From contig CBDDDZ010000005.1 in the NCBI GenBank assembly GCA_965226795.1, positions 2,592,001 through 2,656,000 on the forward strand: a DNA stretch of 64,000 nucleotides, in the 5' to 3' direction. The position numbers and the translations under genes are program-made. The stretch is from Candidatus Latescibacterota bacterium (GTDB lineage Bacteria > Latescibacterota > UBA2968 > GCA-2709665). Under the pieces are notes generated by a model. The model saw only the letters and a list, made by a program, of their open reading frames with translations. It ran no database searches and was not told the origin of the DNA. Shown piece after piece: positions 1-10,251 of the stretch. Position 1 is the stretch's first letter; each line of letters starts with the position of its first letter.

Positions 1-10
1 CGGAATCGCG

Positions 11-1240
11 CTACGCCAGGGTAAGCGCGGTGTCGATCAATCGCTGCCCGGCCTCCCACGTTATCGGTGCGGGCAAATCGGAATTGAACATGAAAGCCGA
101 CCGGACCTCGTAACCTCCTCCGTCCCATGCCTCTTTCGATGGGAAATAGCCGGCATGCGCGTTCGCCTGATTGACAATCAGCAGTCGATCGTCCGGCCAT
201 CGACGCCTTAACTCAAGCCCCCACGAACCGAAAAGCTGTCCCGGAAAACACGCCAAAAACACATCCCCGATACGAAACCCCTGCACCTCCAACTGCACCG
301 AGGTGGAAACCGCCTCACCCGCCGCTCGCATCGTCAGTTGATCCCGTGCCCAGCCCGCCTGGTACGAATCAGGCCTGGAGCGCGCCATCTGTTCGTTTAA
401 GTCGGCCACGGTCGGTATGGCATCCAGCGGGCACGTGCAATAAAGCCGTTGCGCGTCGAGTCCACGATTGCCCTTTTGCGTGATGTCCCTAGCCATATTC
501 AGCACCGAACCCGCCAGCCCGCTGCCGATCTTTTTCACTTCAGCGAAGTTCTGTTGCGGCCGGTACGGCCCTACATCGCCCAGGCAACCGTTGAAAAACG
601 CGGCCGAACCGCCCCAGGCGTCTTCCAGTTTGTCGCAGACCACTCCGGGAAAGTCCGGGGACCAATGGAGATTCGCCCCAGTCAGGATCGTCGGATGGCA
701 GCCGTAGTTGACCCAGGCTGCCACGACCCGTCCGTCCGTTCCCGAAAACCGCACCAGCCCGAGCGTGGAATCAATCGGTTGATCGTCTTTGCGCCGGTTG
801 TGATGAAACTCGGGCTCCTGCATATGGGCGAACCCCATCGTTACCGGCTGCAGATCATCGGAAGCCCCGACCACCGCCTCGACGATCCGTTCGACAAGAT
901 CCGCCATATACCCGGGATCGGGTACGGCGTCACGGAAACGGGTGGTTACCGGTCCAGAGTGCGTGTGTGTTGTTGCAACGAGGATATGGTCGATCGCAAT
1001 TCCCGTCTGCTCCCGGATCGCCGTCCGAATTCCCGCCGTGGTCTTCGCGCTGAAACCGACCACGTCCACCACGACAAGCGCAACACGCACTGTAGCCTGT
1101 TCGCACACAAATGCCCTCGCCCACAGCGGCATATGTGTACCGTTGGCCGTGCTCTTTCGACCTGAGTAGCCGGCCATTGACAGACCGACTGGCGGCGTCA
1201 CGTCAACCTTCGCGGCGCCCATCGTCAGGTTATCCGGCAT
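11..1240 (-). CDS. Neutral/alkaline non-lysosomal ceramidase-like protein
   Basis: Motifs VDVTPPVG..MAGY, ATTHTHSGP, NYGCHPT, GxxGDV, GYFP..GGYE. Start taken at MPDNL (1240) because the longer ORF runs into the tRNA promoter. Confidence 0.8.
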   Translation of the reverse strand: MPDNLTMGAAKVDVTPPVGLSMAGYSGRKSTANGTHMPLWARAFVCEQATVRVALVVVDVVGFSAKTTAGIRTAIREQTGIAIDHILVATTHTHSGPVTTRFRDAVPDPGYMADLVERIVEAVVGASDDLQPVTMGFAHMQEPEFHHNRRKDDQPIDSTLGLVRFSGTDGRVVAAWVNYGCHPTILTGANLHWSPDFPGVVCDKLEDAWGGSAAFFNGCLGDVGPYRPQQNFAEVKKIGSGLAGSVLNMARDITQKGNRGLDAQRLYCTCPLDAIPTVADLNEQMARSRPDSYQAGWARDQLTMRAAGEAVSTSVQLEVQGFRIGDVFLACFPGQLFGSWGLELRRRWPDDRLLIVNQANAHAGYFPSKEAWDGGGYEVRSAFMFNSDLPAPITWEAGQRLIDTALTLA

Positions 1241-1295
1241 ATTCTGCTCTTTCGATCTCGTTGTACCCGATGCGGCGGGTTCCATAGAATTACCC

Positions 1296-1324
1296 TTGAC
1301 ACGCAAACATCGCTTATGTATTTT
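1296..1324 (+). promoter_or_regulatory. sigma70 promoter of the tRNA
   Basis: TTGACA-17 bp-TATTTT about 50 bp upstream of the tRNA. Confidence 0.65.
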
Positions 1325-1371
1325 ATACGCGCCGTATTCTGGACGATAATGATCTGTTTTTCATTGCCTTA

Positions 1372-1447
<76 letters not shown>

Positions 1448-1454
1448 CTTACAG

Positions 1455-1491
1455 AAAAGGGCCTGTGTGATTTGATACACAAGCCCTTTTT
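1455..1491. terminator. Bidirectional intrinsic terminator between tRNA and transaldolase
   Basis: AAAAGGGC..GTGT-loop-ACAC..GCCCTTTT hairpin with T-tracts on both strands, between convergent genes. Confidence 0.75.
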
Positions 1492-1527
1492 CGTCGTCGT
1501 CTGTTTCGTTGGCCAAAAATCGACGGC

Positions 1528-2196
1528 CTATACGACAACCGTCTCTCGCTGATGATCCTTCCACGCGTTCCAATCGCGCAAGAAACGCTCCACGCCGTCA
1601 TCCGTCAACGGGTGCGCCAACAGCTTCTTCAGCACGTCCGGAGGTAACGTGGAGACATCCGCTCCGGCTCGAGCCGCGTCGATGACATGGAGGGGGTGCC
1701 GCAGGCTGGCTGCCAGAACCTCGGTCTGGAAACTGTAATTGTCGTAAATCTGCCGTATGGTCTTGATCAGGTCCATCCCAACATGCCCGATATCGTCCAG
1801 GCGCCCCAGAAAAGGACTGATATATGCCGCTCCGGCCTTCGCGGCCAGCAGCGCCTGATTGGGGGAAAAGCACAGCGTCACGTTGGTTCTGATCCCTTCA
1901 TCGCTGCAGGCCTTGATCGCCTTCAAGCCGTCCAGCGTTATGGGAACCTTAACGACCACGTTGTCGTGAATGCTTGCCAGATGGCGTGCTTCCTGAAGCA
2001 TTGATCGCCAGTCGGTACTTACGACCTCGGCGCTTACCGGACCGTCCACCAACTCACATATTTCCAATATTATCTGCTCAAACGTGCCTTCTTCCTTTGA
2101 AATATGCGTCGGATTGGTTGTGACACCATCCAGAACCCCCATTTCGTTGGCCTCACGGATCTCGTCCATATTGGCGGTGTCGATAAAGAACCTCAT
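1528..2196 (-). CDS. tal: Transaldolase / fructose-6-phosphate aldolase (short MipB/TalC family)
   Basis: FFIDTAN, GVTTNP, VVKVP (Schiff-base Lys), YISPFLGRLDD, LAASLR. Confidence 0.93.
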   Translation of the reverse strand: MRFFIDTANMDEIREANEMGVLDGVTTNPTHISKEEGTFEQIILEICELVDGPVSAEVVSTDWRSMLQEARHLASIHDNVVVKVPITLDGLKAIKACSDEGIRTNVTLCFSPNQALLAAKAGAAYISPFLGRLDDIGHVGMDLIKTIRQIYDNYSFQTEVLAASLRHPLHVIDAARAGADVSTLPPDVLKKLLAHPLTDDGVERFLRDWNAWKDHQRETVVV

Positions 2197-2315
2197 CGCT
2201 CGCCCTCCTGTAGAGTGGTTATCGGGGGAGACTTAATTTTCTATAACATCGGTGAAACTTCAGATGGTTTTTTCAAATAACTCGTTTGGCGGGACGAGTA
2301 CCGGTCGCATGTGAC

Positions 2316-3365
2316 TCAAAATACTCTATCGACCAGAAAACTGCACATCTCGCGCATCGTTTCCCGGGCATCGGACGGAGGAATCTCGTTCAGATGCGCT
2401 TCCGCGGCTGCCGCCCATTCCCGGCACGCGTCTTCGGCCCGTTCGATCGAACCGTAATGCTCCATAAGTGAGATCGTCCGCTCGACCTCGTCCATCCTCG
2501 TCTCGGAACGATCCCGATTCAGTATATCCCGCACCCACTCCTTTTCATCCGGAGAACAACGGTGAAAAAGATCGATCACCATCAGGGTCCGTTTGCCCTC
2601 CGCAATGTCTCCGCCGCGTTCCTTGCCGTAACCACCGGAGGTCGTCGCGGGGGCCTGGAGTGCATCCTCGGCCCGGACCGTCAGATTCAGCAGATCGTCC
2701 TTGATTTGAAACGCCACCGCCATTCGCTCTCCGAACGCGCCAACAGCCCGTTTACAATCCGGGGATGCGCCGGCAACGATTGCACCTGCGGTACACGGCC
2801 CCCTGCCACTGTACCAGCCCGTTTTCAGGCGTAGCATCTCCAGAAAAACATCGACTTCGGGAACCTCGCCCGACTCGATCCAGCCGATATCGTAAGCCTG
2901 TCCTTCAAATGTACGCTGCGCTCCGTAAAGCATCTCCTGAATCAGATCAAGCGCCACGGCATCGCCGAGAATCTCCCGATTGGAAGCGAGAATTTCGAAC
3001 ACCTTCGAATGTAGTGCATCGCCTGCGTTGACGCTCAGCGGCACGCCGTGGATGCGGTGCAGACAGGGTTTTCCCCTTCGCATTTCCGACCCGTCTTCAA
3101 TATCGTCGTGAACCAGCGCAAAAGACTGGAACATCTCAAACGCCGCCGCCGTCCTCAATGCCTTTTGCACGGCACCTCCCAGCCCCTCGCAAGCCAGCAA
3201 CACCAGTACCGACCGAAACCGCTTTCCACCCCGGATCGGATAATCACGCATCGGTTCGTACAGAAAGCCGAGTGGTTCGGCCTGAGGCAGAAACTTGAAC
3301 AGCTCTGCATCGATGAGAGGTACAAAGGACTCGAGATATGCCTTCAAACGATCGTTCACCGGCAA
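2316..3365 (-). CDS. Polyprenyl diphosphate synthase, probably type I GGPP synthase
   Basis: GGKRFR, FARM FALVHDDIED with Phe at -5, RRGKP, GQAYD, LKTG, FQIKDD, GDIAEGKRT. Confidence 0.88.
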   Translation of the reverse strand: MPVNDRLKAYLESFVPLIDAELFKFLPQAEPLGFLYEPMRDYPIRGGKRFRSVLVLLACEGLGGAVQKALRTAAAFEMFQSFALVHDDIEDGSEMRRGKPCLHRIHGVPLSVNAGDALHSKVFEILASNREILGDAVALDLIQEMLYGAQRTFEGQAYDIGWIESGEVPEVDVFLEMLRLKTGWYSGRGPCTAGAIVAGASPDCKRAVGAFGERMAVAFQIKDDLLNLTVRAEDALQAPATTSGGYGKERGGDIAEGKRTLMVIDLFHRCSPDEKEWVRDILNRDRSETRMDEVERTISLMEHYGSIERAEDACREWAAAAEAHLNEIPPSDARETMREMCSFLVDRVF

Positions 3366-3649
3366 GACCCTCGGCTTCCCCGGGGCTCGAACGCCGCTCT
3401 ATTTTGGGGCTCTTCACCCCATTGGCGTGGCGCCACCTTGTATATGCAATCCGTCAGCGGCAATCGTACCCGTTCCGAAGAGGGGCTGGACACTCGACAA
3501 TATTCGTTCAGGATAAATCGGTGTGATGGAGTAATACGAAGGAAGGGAGAGTTTGGGGAAGAGTACGCACGACAATATAGCGACAAGCATGAATTCGGTC
3601 AACTGTTTTTGTATTCAAGGCGAGGATATCTTGAAAGGGCGCGGCGTTT

Positions 3650-4585
3650 TCACCACCGGTAGGCTTCAAACACGATTCTCAGATCCTGACTGGCTCTCAG
3701 AAAATCCGAATACGGCTTCCGGCTTCGATCTTCAAGACAACACAGGAAATCCCGGGTCATCTCCCGATAACCCATCAGATCCGACATTCCGGGAAAATAC
3801 ATCCGGACGCCGCGATCACCGGTCCGGAGTACATAGAGGCCATTGCTCTCAAATATGATCTGGCCACGCGTACCACGAATTCGGGAATGCTGGAAGATAC
3901 CCCTTGTGCGGCTCCTCGTGTTCCACGAATACCTCAACTCTGCCGTCGCGTCGCCGGTATAGGTCAGCCTCGTCACCGATGACCGCTCCGGTTGTCCCTC
4001 GCGGCGTCCGGGAAAACGCCCAATGACGCGTTCCGGTGCACGCTCGAACAACGCGGAAATCAACGCGACGAAGTGGATGCCGCCTTCCAGCAACGCGCCG
4101 TACTGACGTTTCCAGCCGAATGTCGACTGCGTAAACAGCTTTTTCACCAGTATCGACCTGATGTCTCCGATGCCGCGCTCCCCTGTCAGTGTCCTGATTT
4201 TCTTGAGCAATGGCTTATAATAGTAGTTTTCGGCCACCATCAACAGCGCTTCCGGATGCATCGCCAGCGCTGTTCCAACCCTCTCCAACTCCTCCGGAGA
4301 AACGCACATGGGTTTTTCGACCATCACAGCCTTATTTGCTGACAGCGCGCAGATCACCTGTTCCTTATGGAACGCCGGCGGGGATGCGATCACGACTGCG
4401 TCCACTTCGGGCGATGCCAGCGCATCCTCCAGACAGCTGAAGATACCGCTGCCGCGAAATTCAATATTGAATCGTCGGGCGCTTACTTCGGATCGACTGC
4501 AGAAAAACAGCTCGGCGGCGCCTGTCAGATTCTTCGCGTGCAGCCGAGCGATGTTCCCGCATCCCACCAGACAGATCTTTTTCAT
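3650..4585 (-). CDS. Gfo/Idh/MocA family oxidoreductase
   Basis: GCGNIA Rossmann motif, EKPM, GALLEGGIH. Confidence 0.88.
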   Translation of the reverse strand: MKKICLVGCGNIARLHAKNLTGAAELFFCSRSEVSARRFNIEFRGSGIFSCLEDALASPEVDAVVIASPPAFHKEQVICALSANKAVMVEKPMCVSPEELERVGTALAMHPEALLMVAENYYYKPLLKKIRTLTGERGIGDIRSILVKKLFTQSTFGWKRQYGALLEGGIHFVALISALFERAPERVIGRFPGRREGQPERSSVTRLTYTGDATAELRYSWNTRSRTRGIFQHSRIRGTRGQIIFESNGLYVLRTGDRGVRMYFPGMSDLMGYREMTRDFLCCLEDRSRKPYSDFLRASQDLRIVFEAYRW

Positions 4586-6081
4586 TTTCCGTATTCCGTG
4601 CGGATGACATCCGCGACTCGTATTGCGTTGGCCGCGATCGTAAGGCTCGGATTCACCCCTCCCGACGTGGGCATAAAACTGCCGTCGAGGACGAACAGAT
4701 TGTCAATACCGCGAAATCGGCAGAATTCGTCGAGAACGCTGTCTCGGCCGTGGTTGCCGAAACGCAGCGACCCCACCGCGTGGGAGAATGTATCCAGCTT
4801 GTAAACGCGGCGGTAGAGGCTGCCCGCCTGCTTCAAAATGCGTTTGGCCCTTTCTGTCAGATATTTTCTGCGGATGCGGTCTTCATCCGAATATCGATGG
4901 AGGACGCCGGTGACCGCGATTCCGTAGTCGTCCAGGCGGGTCGTTAGACGCACTCGATTTTCAAATTGGGGATCGTCTTCCGCGATGCAGAGCAGATTTT
5001 GTACGTAGCCCGCTACAAACGCGGACATATTTCCGTATCCGAACGGTGCGTAGTGCTTCAGTACCTCCGGAGCGGGGGTGTAGATATCCTGAATCGTCCC
5101 CACTGATGTGCCCAATCGATCCCTCAGGTCTTCGTAGAAATCCGTAAAGCACAACTGCTTGTGAAATACACGGTCCGGATTGGTGCGAAATGGAAAGAGA
5201 CCGGTGACCACTGCATTACAATGCCGCATCAAAAATCTGCCGACCAGCCGATGGTTGTCGAGTCGCTCCAACCCGGAACGCAGCAAAATCGCCGGGCTAT
5301 GCAGGGCTCCGGCACTGAGAATCACGATCTTGGCACTGAAGTCCACCACCTGTTTTGAAGTCCCATCCAGACATCTGACCCGGACGACCCTTCCACTCCG
5401 CGTCTCCAGTTGCAGAACGATCATCCCGGGCATTATTACCAGGTCGAATTCCTGCGCTCTTGCGAGAAGTGTCATGGTCACATCGTTTTTGGCCTCGATT
5501 CGGCATGGAAAACCATCGCAGGTCGAACATCGGATACACGTCGGCCGATCTCTGTTCGTGAAATTCAGCGCCAGCGGTATCTTGAAGGGGCGGTGCCCGA
5601 GTGCCTTCGCGGCTTGGTTTATCCGCTTCGCCGGAGGCGTGAGTTCAATCCCTTCGAACGGATAGGCCCCGGACCTCGGCGGCTCGTGCATGTCCACCCC
5701 AGCCTGACCATGTACCTCCAGCAAATGCTCCGCCTGCGTATAGTACGGCTCCATTTCCGCGTAATCAATCGGCCAATTCGAGAAATCCTTCTCGCGCAAC
5801 CGCAGCGACGCGCCTCCGTAAAAAACCGACATTCCACCGACCGCTTCGTTCGGATAAACGGATTGAAGGCCTCGGTCACCTTCCACCGCCACAGGCGAAC
5901 GGCTTCTGTACCTCTGATCAATCAGGATCCCGCGCGGGCTCCAGTCCAATGCATCCCGTTTCACCCACCCGCCGCGTTCGAGCAGGAGCGTCCGGATACC
6001 CGCCCGGCTGAGCGCATACGCCGCGGCGCCGCCTCCGATACCGGACCCGATTACAATTGCTTCATAGGACCGTGAGTTCAT
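4582..6081 (-). CDS. GMC family flavin oxidoreductase
   Basis: IVIGSGIGGG, LLERG, SHAVGSLRFG, DGSFMPTSGGVNPSLTI. Confidence 0.9.
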   Translation of the reverse strand: MNSRSYEAIVIGSGIGGGAAAYALSRAGIRTLLLERGGWVKRDALDWSPRGILIDQRYRSRSPVAVEGDRGLQSVYPNEAVGGMSVFYGGASLRLREKDFSNWPIDYAEMEPYYTQAEHLLEVHGQAGVDMHEPPRSGAYPFEGIELTPPAKRINQAAKALGHRPFKIPLALNFTNRDRPTCIRCSTCDGFPCRIEAKNDVTMTLLARAQEFDLVIMPGMIVLQLETRSGRVVRVRCLDGTSKQVVDFSAKIVILSAGALHSPAILLRSGLERLDNHRLVGRFLMRHCNAVVTGLFPFRTNPDRVFHKQLCFTDFYEDLRDRLGTSVGTIQDIYTPAPEVLKHYAPFGYGNMSAFVAGYVQNLLCIAEDDPQFENRVRLTTRLDDYGIAVTGVLHRYSDEDRIRRKYLTERAKRILKQAGSLYRRVYKLDTFSHAVGSLRFGNHGRDSVLDEFCRFRGIDNLFVLDGSFMPTSGGVNPSLTIAANAIRVADVIRTEYGK

Positions 6082-6862
6082 AAATGTATAGAATCATCAG
6101 ACCAACGATAATGATCCACGCCATATAATGGTATTTTTCGCGCGTCTCGATATACCGTGTTATCCGCGGGAGGTCCGGTCTGAACTTGCCGGACATGGTG
6201 CGTTGCACGTAGGTCTTGTAATACTCGACCAGAAATCGCTCCAATCCTCCGTTCAAGAAAATCAGATAACCGAGCGGCACCGGTGACAGCGGATTATTTG
6301 AAAAGAAAAACAGTGGAGTACAGATGGCCAGCACCGTTGCGGACCGGAAAAACTTCAGGGGGGCGAATCCTTCAAAGGGAGCGTCCTTATATGCCCCTCC
6401 AAGAGAAACCAGCAATCCCGTCGAAAAGGCGACCGCTGCAAATTCCGTGAAATCCTCGATTCGGACTGAAAGAAACAGCAGGGAAAAGACCCCCGACACC
6501 AGAACGACCCCAGCGAAAAGTCGCAACGGTTCGCTCGCAACCGACCGGCCAAAAAACGTAATTCTGGACGGCACAGCGTATTTCGACTGATCCTCCGATC
6601 TGAAGAATCCCTTGTACAGCTCCGCGAGGAACCGTTCCAGGCCCATGATGGCAAAGAAGACCTGGAAAAGGCTCAGTTGACGGAAGCTCCCGTGAAAAAG
6701 GGGCAGCCAATAAAGCGCAGAAAAAATAACGGCATGAAAATATACGCTGCGGGGAAAAGTGCGCCGCTTCAGCCCCTCATACGGAGAATCCTTGAAAGCA
6801 CCCCACAAAGAGGTGTACAAACCTGAAATTAAACTGACGACAAAAGAAATCCAGAAGTGCAT
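6062..6862 (-). CDS. Uncharacterised integral membrane protein with internal duplication
   Basis: Several hydrophobic helices; repeated GA(F/Y)KD(S/A)P(Y/F)EG..F.RS and GLERFL.E.YK motifs; overlaps the GMC start. Confidence 0.7.
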   Translation of the reverse strand: MHFWISFVVSLISGLYTSLWGAFKDSPYEGLKRRTFPRSVYFHAVIFSALYWLPLFHGSFRQLSLFQVFFAIMGLERFLAELYKGFFRSEDQSKYAVPSRITFFGRSVASEPLRLFAGVVLVSGVFSLLFLSVRIEDFTEFAAVAFSTGLLVSLGGAYKDAPFEGFAPLKFFRSATVLAICTPLFFFSNNPLSPVPLGYLIFLNGGLERFLVEYYKTYVQRTMSGKFRPDLPRITRYIETREKYHYMAWIIIVGLMILYIYELTVL

Positions 6863-7046
6863 GGATGGCCCTGGTCGGCTCCCGCAGGAATGCGAAACAA
6901 ACGAAATGGATACTTCCGCCAGCCTCACGGACCAGGTTTAGCCCGGAAGGATAAAAAAGACAGAACACGCGGCGGTGCGCATCTTCTGTCTTCCAAAAAC
7001 AGGGTTTTCGAACGGACCGTCCGGCGTCCAGGAACCGGGCGTCAAC

Positions 7047-9509
7047 CTACTTGGCCATGTCGGACGGCCGCGCACTATTTGCTCTCGCCGCGCCCCGGTT
7101 CCGTTTCCATCGATCGAGAATCTCGAGCACCGCGGGCAATACCACAATGGCCGCGACAAAACAGGTCAGCAGGCCGATCACGGCCAGTTTTCCGATGGAG
7201 TTCAACCCGGGATGTCTGGCGGTAATCAGGCCGAAAAAGCCGACCATCGTGGTCAACATAGATACGAGCATTGCGCCGCCGGTATTCCTGAGGATCACAG
7301 GCATCGAATTCGCACCCTCCTCCTGATACCGGTGGAACAGATGTACGCCGTTATCAATACCCATTCCGATGATGGTCGGCAAAGCAACCATATTGTAAAA
7401 GTTCAATTTCATCCCGAAAAGAAACATGCTCCCGCACATCCAGACCGCGCCACAGATGAGCGGCAACATCACAAGCAGCCCGTTGCGAATACTTCGAAAG
7501 TCGATGAACACAATCAGCAGGACGACAAGAAGCGTGATGCTGATCGCCCACCTGCTGTCCCGAATCATCAACTTAAGCATGTCGGCAAAAACGATGCTGG
7601 AACTGGAGGAATAAAACGTCTTGCCGGATTCGGTCGTTATCAAATGCGTGTCGTCCGCAAACTCAATGGCCTTTCGACCGTCTCGAAGTGGCACGCTGGG
7701 ATAAATGAACGCAAAGTGCGCCCGGCTTCCGTCGACGGTGGAGAATTTGCGCAGGATATTCCTCGGCAGGTCATCCACGTTTAGCCTGTTCACATCCATC
7801 AGCTTACGTAAGGCGTCCACCCGCTCCTTCTGCTCGCCCTTCAGCAACTTCGCGCCTTCACCGTCCACAAGCTCCCGCAGTTCGGCGACGACCGCCAGCT
7901 TTTCCTCCTGTTGTTTGGGAAGGAAGGTCCAGATCGTCCTGATCTTGTCGATCGTCGGCGTCGGGTCGTCCCCCGCAATCCTGACGTTCAAGACCGCGAC
8001 AATTTCTTCCAGTTCTTCTTTGCTGTCGGCCAGAACCACGCTCGGAGAATGGGACTCGCCTCTGAATTTGGAAAGCGTATTGATCTTGTCTTTCACCTTC
8101 TTGGATGTGGCAAGATTGGACCGCAAATTAGTAAAATCGTATTCGAATTGTATCCGGCCCAGATTGTAGCCCAGATAGACCGTGACCGCGACAGCAACCG
8201 CGAACACCAACCGCGCCATCGGAAACTTGCCCTTCCGGCCGCCTCGTTCGTGCCCCAGTACGTGTCGCATTCGAACCAGCTTCAGGCGTTCGTCAGCCAG
8301 AACGAGGAAGGCCGGCAGAACCATCGTCATCGACACCAGCGACATAACAATCCCCGTACCCACAATGAAACCGAATTCGGAGAATCCCTTGAAATCCGTA
8401 ATCGTCAGTGAATAAAACGCCATCGACGTGGTCAATGCGGCCGTCATGATTGCCTGGCCCGTCTGGATCAACATCGTCTCGACGGACTGCCTGACATCCA
8501 TCTTCGACATGCGGTCTTCCAGGTACCGGGCAAACATGTGAATCCCGAAATCGATCCCCAGACCGAACAGAATTACAAACAGAAATCCGGTCATTGTATT
8601 CAAGTTGCCAATGGTCCAATAGGTGATGGCAAAAGCCCATGTCAGCCCCATAACGAGCGGGATGGCAACAAAAAAGACAGCCAGCGGCTGCCTGAAATAA
8701 ATCGTGAGAATCAAGACTACACCCACAAAACCGAAAATCAGTGTCGACTTAATATCGTCTAGAATGACGTTATATTCATCGATCTTATTCTTGTACGACC
8801 CTCCAATGGAGATCGTCATCTCGGGATGATAGGATCCCGGATCCAGCGTCTGAGCGGCATTCTGGATTACGCCGTACATCTCTTTGGCGAATCCGATATT
8901 GCTCACCGTTCCCGATGCCATTACCTCCACGGCGACGATGGTGCTGTCCGGATTGGTATAATAGATTTCGTGGCCACGGTCGCCGTCTTCCTTGTACTTC
9001 GCTTCAATATCCGAAAGGTCCAGCGGCTCGTCGCCTTCGTCGTCGTCAAGCTTGAAAAACAACGGGGATAACTTCAGTTTCTCCTGGCGGATGCGATCGT
9101 CGATGCGAAGCTGGATTTCATCCAGATCCTCAAGATCCATATACAACAGCGCGTTTTCTTTGAAAAAATCCACTTCTCGCTTGTAATCGACGTAATTTAC
9201 GTATTTCCAGTACTTTTCGGCCTTCAGTTCTACAGCCAGATCTTCCACGAATTGCCTGGACGCCGTGAAATCCCCACACTCCGCCAGAACAACCAGACTT
9301 CCAACGCCACCCAGCCGTGCCTTAATATCCTCGAGCGTCTTCACGCTCGGATAGTACTCCGGAATCAGGGACGCGATATCCGTCTCGAGGCGCTGGATCA
9401 GACGATAGACAAAAAAGCCGCAAAAAATGGAAAGGAGGGTCGAAACAATAATAATAGCGGCGTACCGTCGATAGATGAAGTCCGCCAGAAACCGCAACCA
9501 TTCCTGCAT
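7047..9509 (-). CDS. MMPL/HpnN-like RND superfamily lipid transporter
   Basis: Two RND repeats with GLGIDFGIH and GMGIDNGVH motifs, about 12 TM helices, two periplasmic domains. Confidence 0.92.
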   Translation of the reverse strand: MQEWLRFLADFIYRRYAAIIIVSTLLSIFCGFFVYRLIQRLETDIASLIPEYYPSVKTLEDIKARLGGVGSLVVLAECGDFTASRQFVEDLAVELKAEKYWKYVNYVDYKREVDFFKENALLYMDLEDLDEIQLRIDDRIRQEKLKLSPLFFKLDDDEGDEPLDLSDIEAKYKEDGDRGHEIYYTNPDSTIVAVEVMASGTVSNIGFAKEMYGVIQNAAQTLDPGSYHPEMTISIGGSYKNKIDEYNVILDDIKSTLIFGFVGVVLILTIYFRQPLAVFFVAIPLVMGLTWAFAITYWTIGNLNTMTGFLFVILFGLGIDFGIHMFARYLEDRMSKMDVRQSVETMLIQTGQAIMTAALTTSMAFYSLTITDFKGFSEFGFIVGTGIVMSLVSMTMVLPAFLVLADERLKLVRMRHVLGHERGGRKGKFPMARLVFAVAVAVTVYLGYNLGRIQFEYDFTNLRSNLATSKKVKDKINTLSKFRGESHSPSVVLADSKEELEEIVAVLNVRIAGDDPTPTIDKIRTIWTFLPKQQEEKLAVVAELRELVDGEGAKLLKGEQKERVDALRKLMDVNRLNVDDLPRNILRKFSTVDGSRAHFAFIYPSVPLRDGRKAIEFADDTHLITTESGKTFYSSSSSIVFADMLKLMIRDSRWAISITLLVVLLIVFIDFRSIRNGLLVMLPLICGAVWMCGSMFLFGMKLNFYNMVALPTIIGMGIDNGVHLFHRYQEEGANSMPVILRNTGGAMLVSMLTTMVGFFGLITARHPGLNSIGKLAVIGLLTCFVAAIVVLPAVLEILDRWKRNRGAARANSARPSDMAK

Positions 9510-9512
9510 GTA

Positions 9513-10136
9513 TCAATCCTTCCCTTTCCCGTCGGCCTCGTCCTCGTTGATTTTGTCCCTCAGTTTCTCTACAAGACCCTCGTACGACGACTTGCGAATT
9601 TCCTTGTAGAATTGGGATCGATTACTTCTGGCAACACTCAAATCGTCGATCACCATATCGTAAACCCGCCATTTTTCGTTAACCGGATGGAGTTTATAGT
9701 TGATGTCGCTCTGCTCATCCTTGTAATGCACGATGGTCTTCACAAGACCTTCCGTACTGTCGACTGCCGATCCCACATATTCGATTTTATCGGACTTCGT
9801 ATAGAGTTTCGGATCCGCGTAGTTCTTTACGATCAGACGACGGCAGAGGTCCGCGAATTCCGCCTGCTCGGCCTCGGTGCGCTGCTGCCAATAACGGCCC
9901 AGCGCGACCCTGCTGAACCGGTGGAAATCGAACATTTCTTCGACAATCGTCTTCAGTTTTTCCCGTTCCTCGGCCCTCTCTCCCCCTGTTTCCGAACTTA
10001 CAATCGCCTTTATCGATCTGTCCCGAGTCTTCATCATCTCGAGCAGCATCTCCGCCTGATCCGCACCCCACGCGGAGACGTCGCCTCTAAAACCAACAAA
10101 AGCATAAAACACAGTAATATATAACAATATTCTCAT
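9513..10136 (-). CDS. MlaC/Ttg2D (HpnM-like) periplasmic lipid-binding protein
   Basis: Signal peptide; FDFHRFSRVALGRYW, WRVYDMVIDDLSV..NRSQF motifs. Confidence 0.88.
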   Translation of the reverse strand: MRILLYITVFYAFVGFRGDVSAWGADQAEMLLEMMKTRDRSIKAIVSSETGGERAEEREKLKTIVEEMFDFHRFSRVALGRYWQQRTEAEQAEFADLCRRLIVKNYADPKLYTKSDKIEYVGSAVDSTEGLVKTIVHYKDEQSDINYKLHPVNEKWRVYDMVIDDLSVARSNRSQFYKEIRKSSYEGLVEKLRDKINEDEADGKGKD

Positions 10137-10251
10137 TTTAGCCAGTTCCTCGTGCGGTCTGAAATAAAACCAACCGGCAGAAGGACACCTCCCCGGCCGG
10201 CTCGATACCCGTTCAACGCTTCCAATGATTTTCGCAAACCCATTTCCTTCT

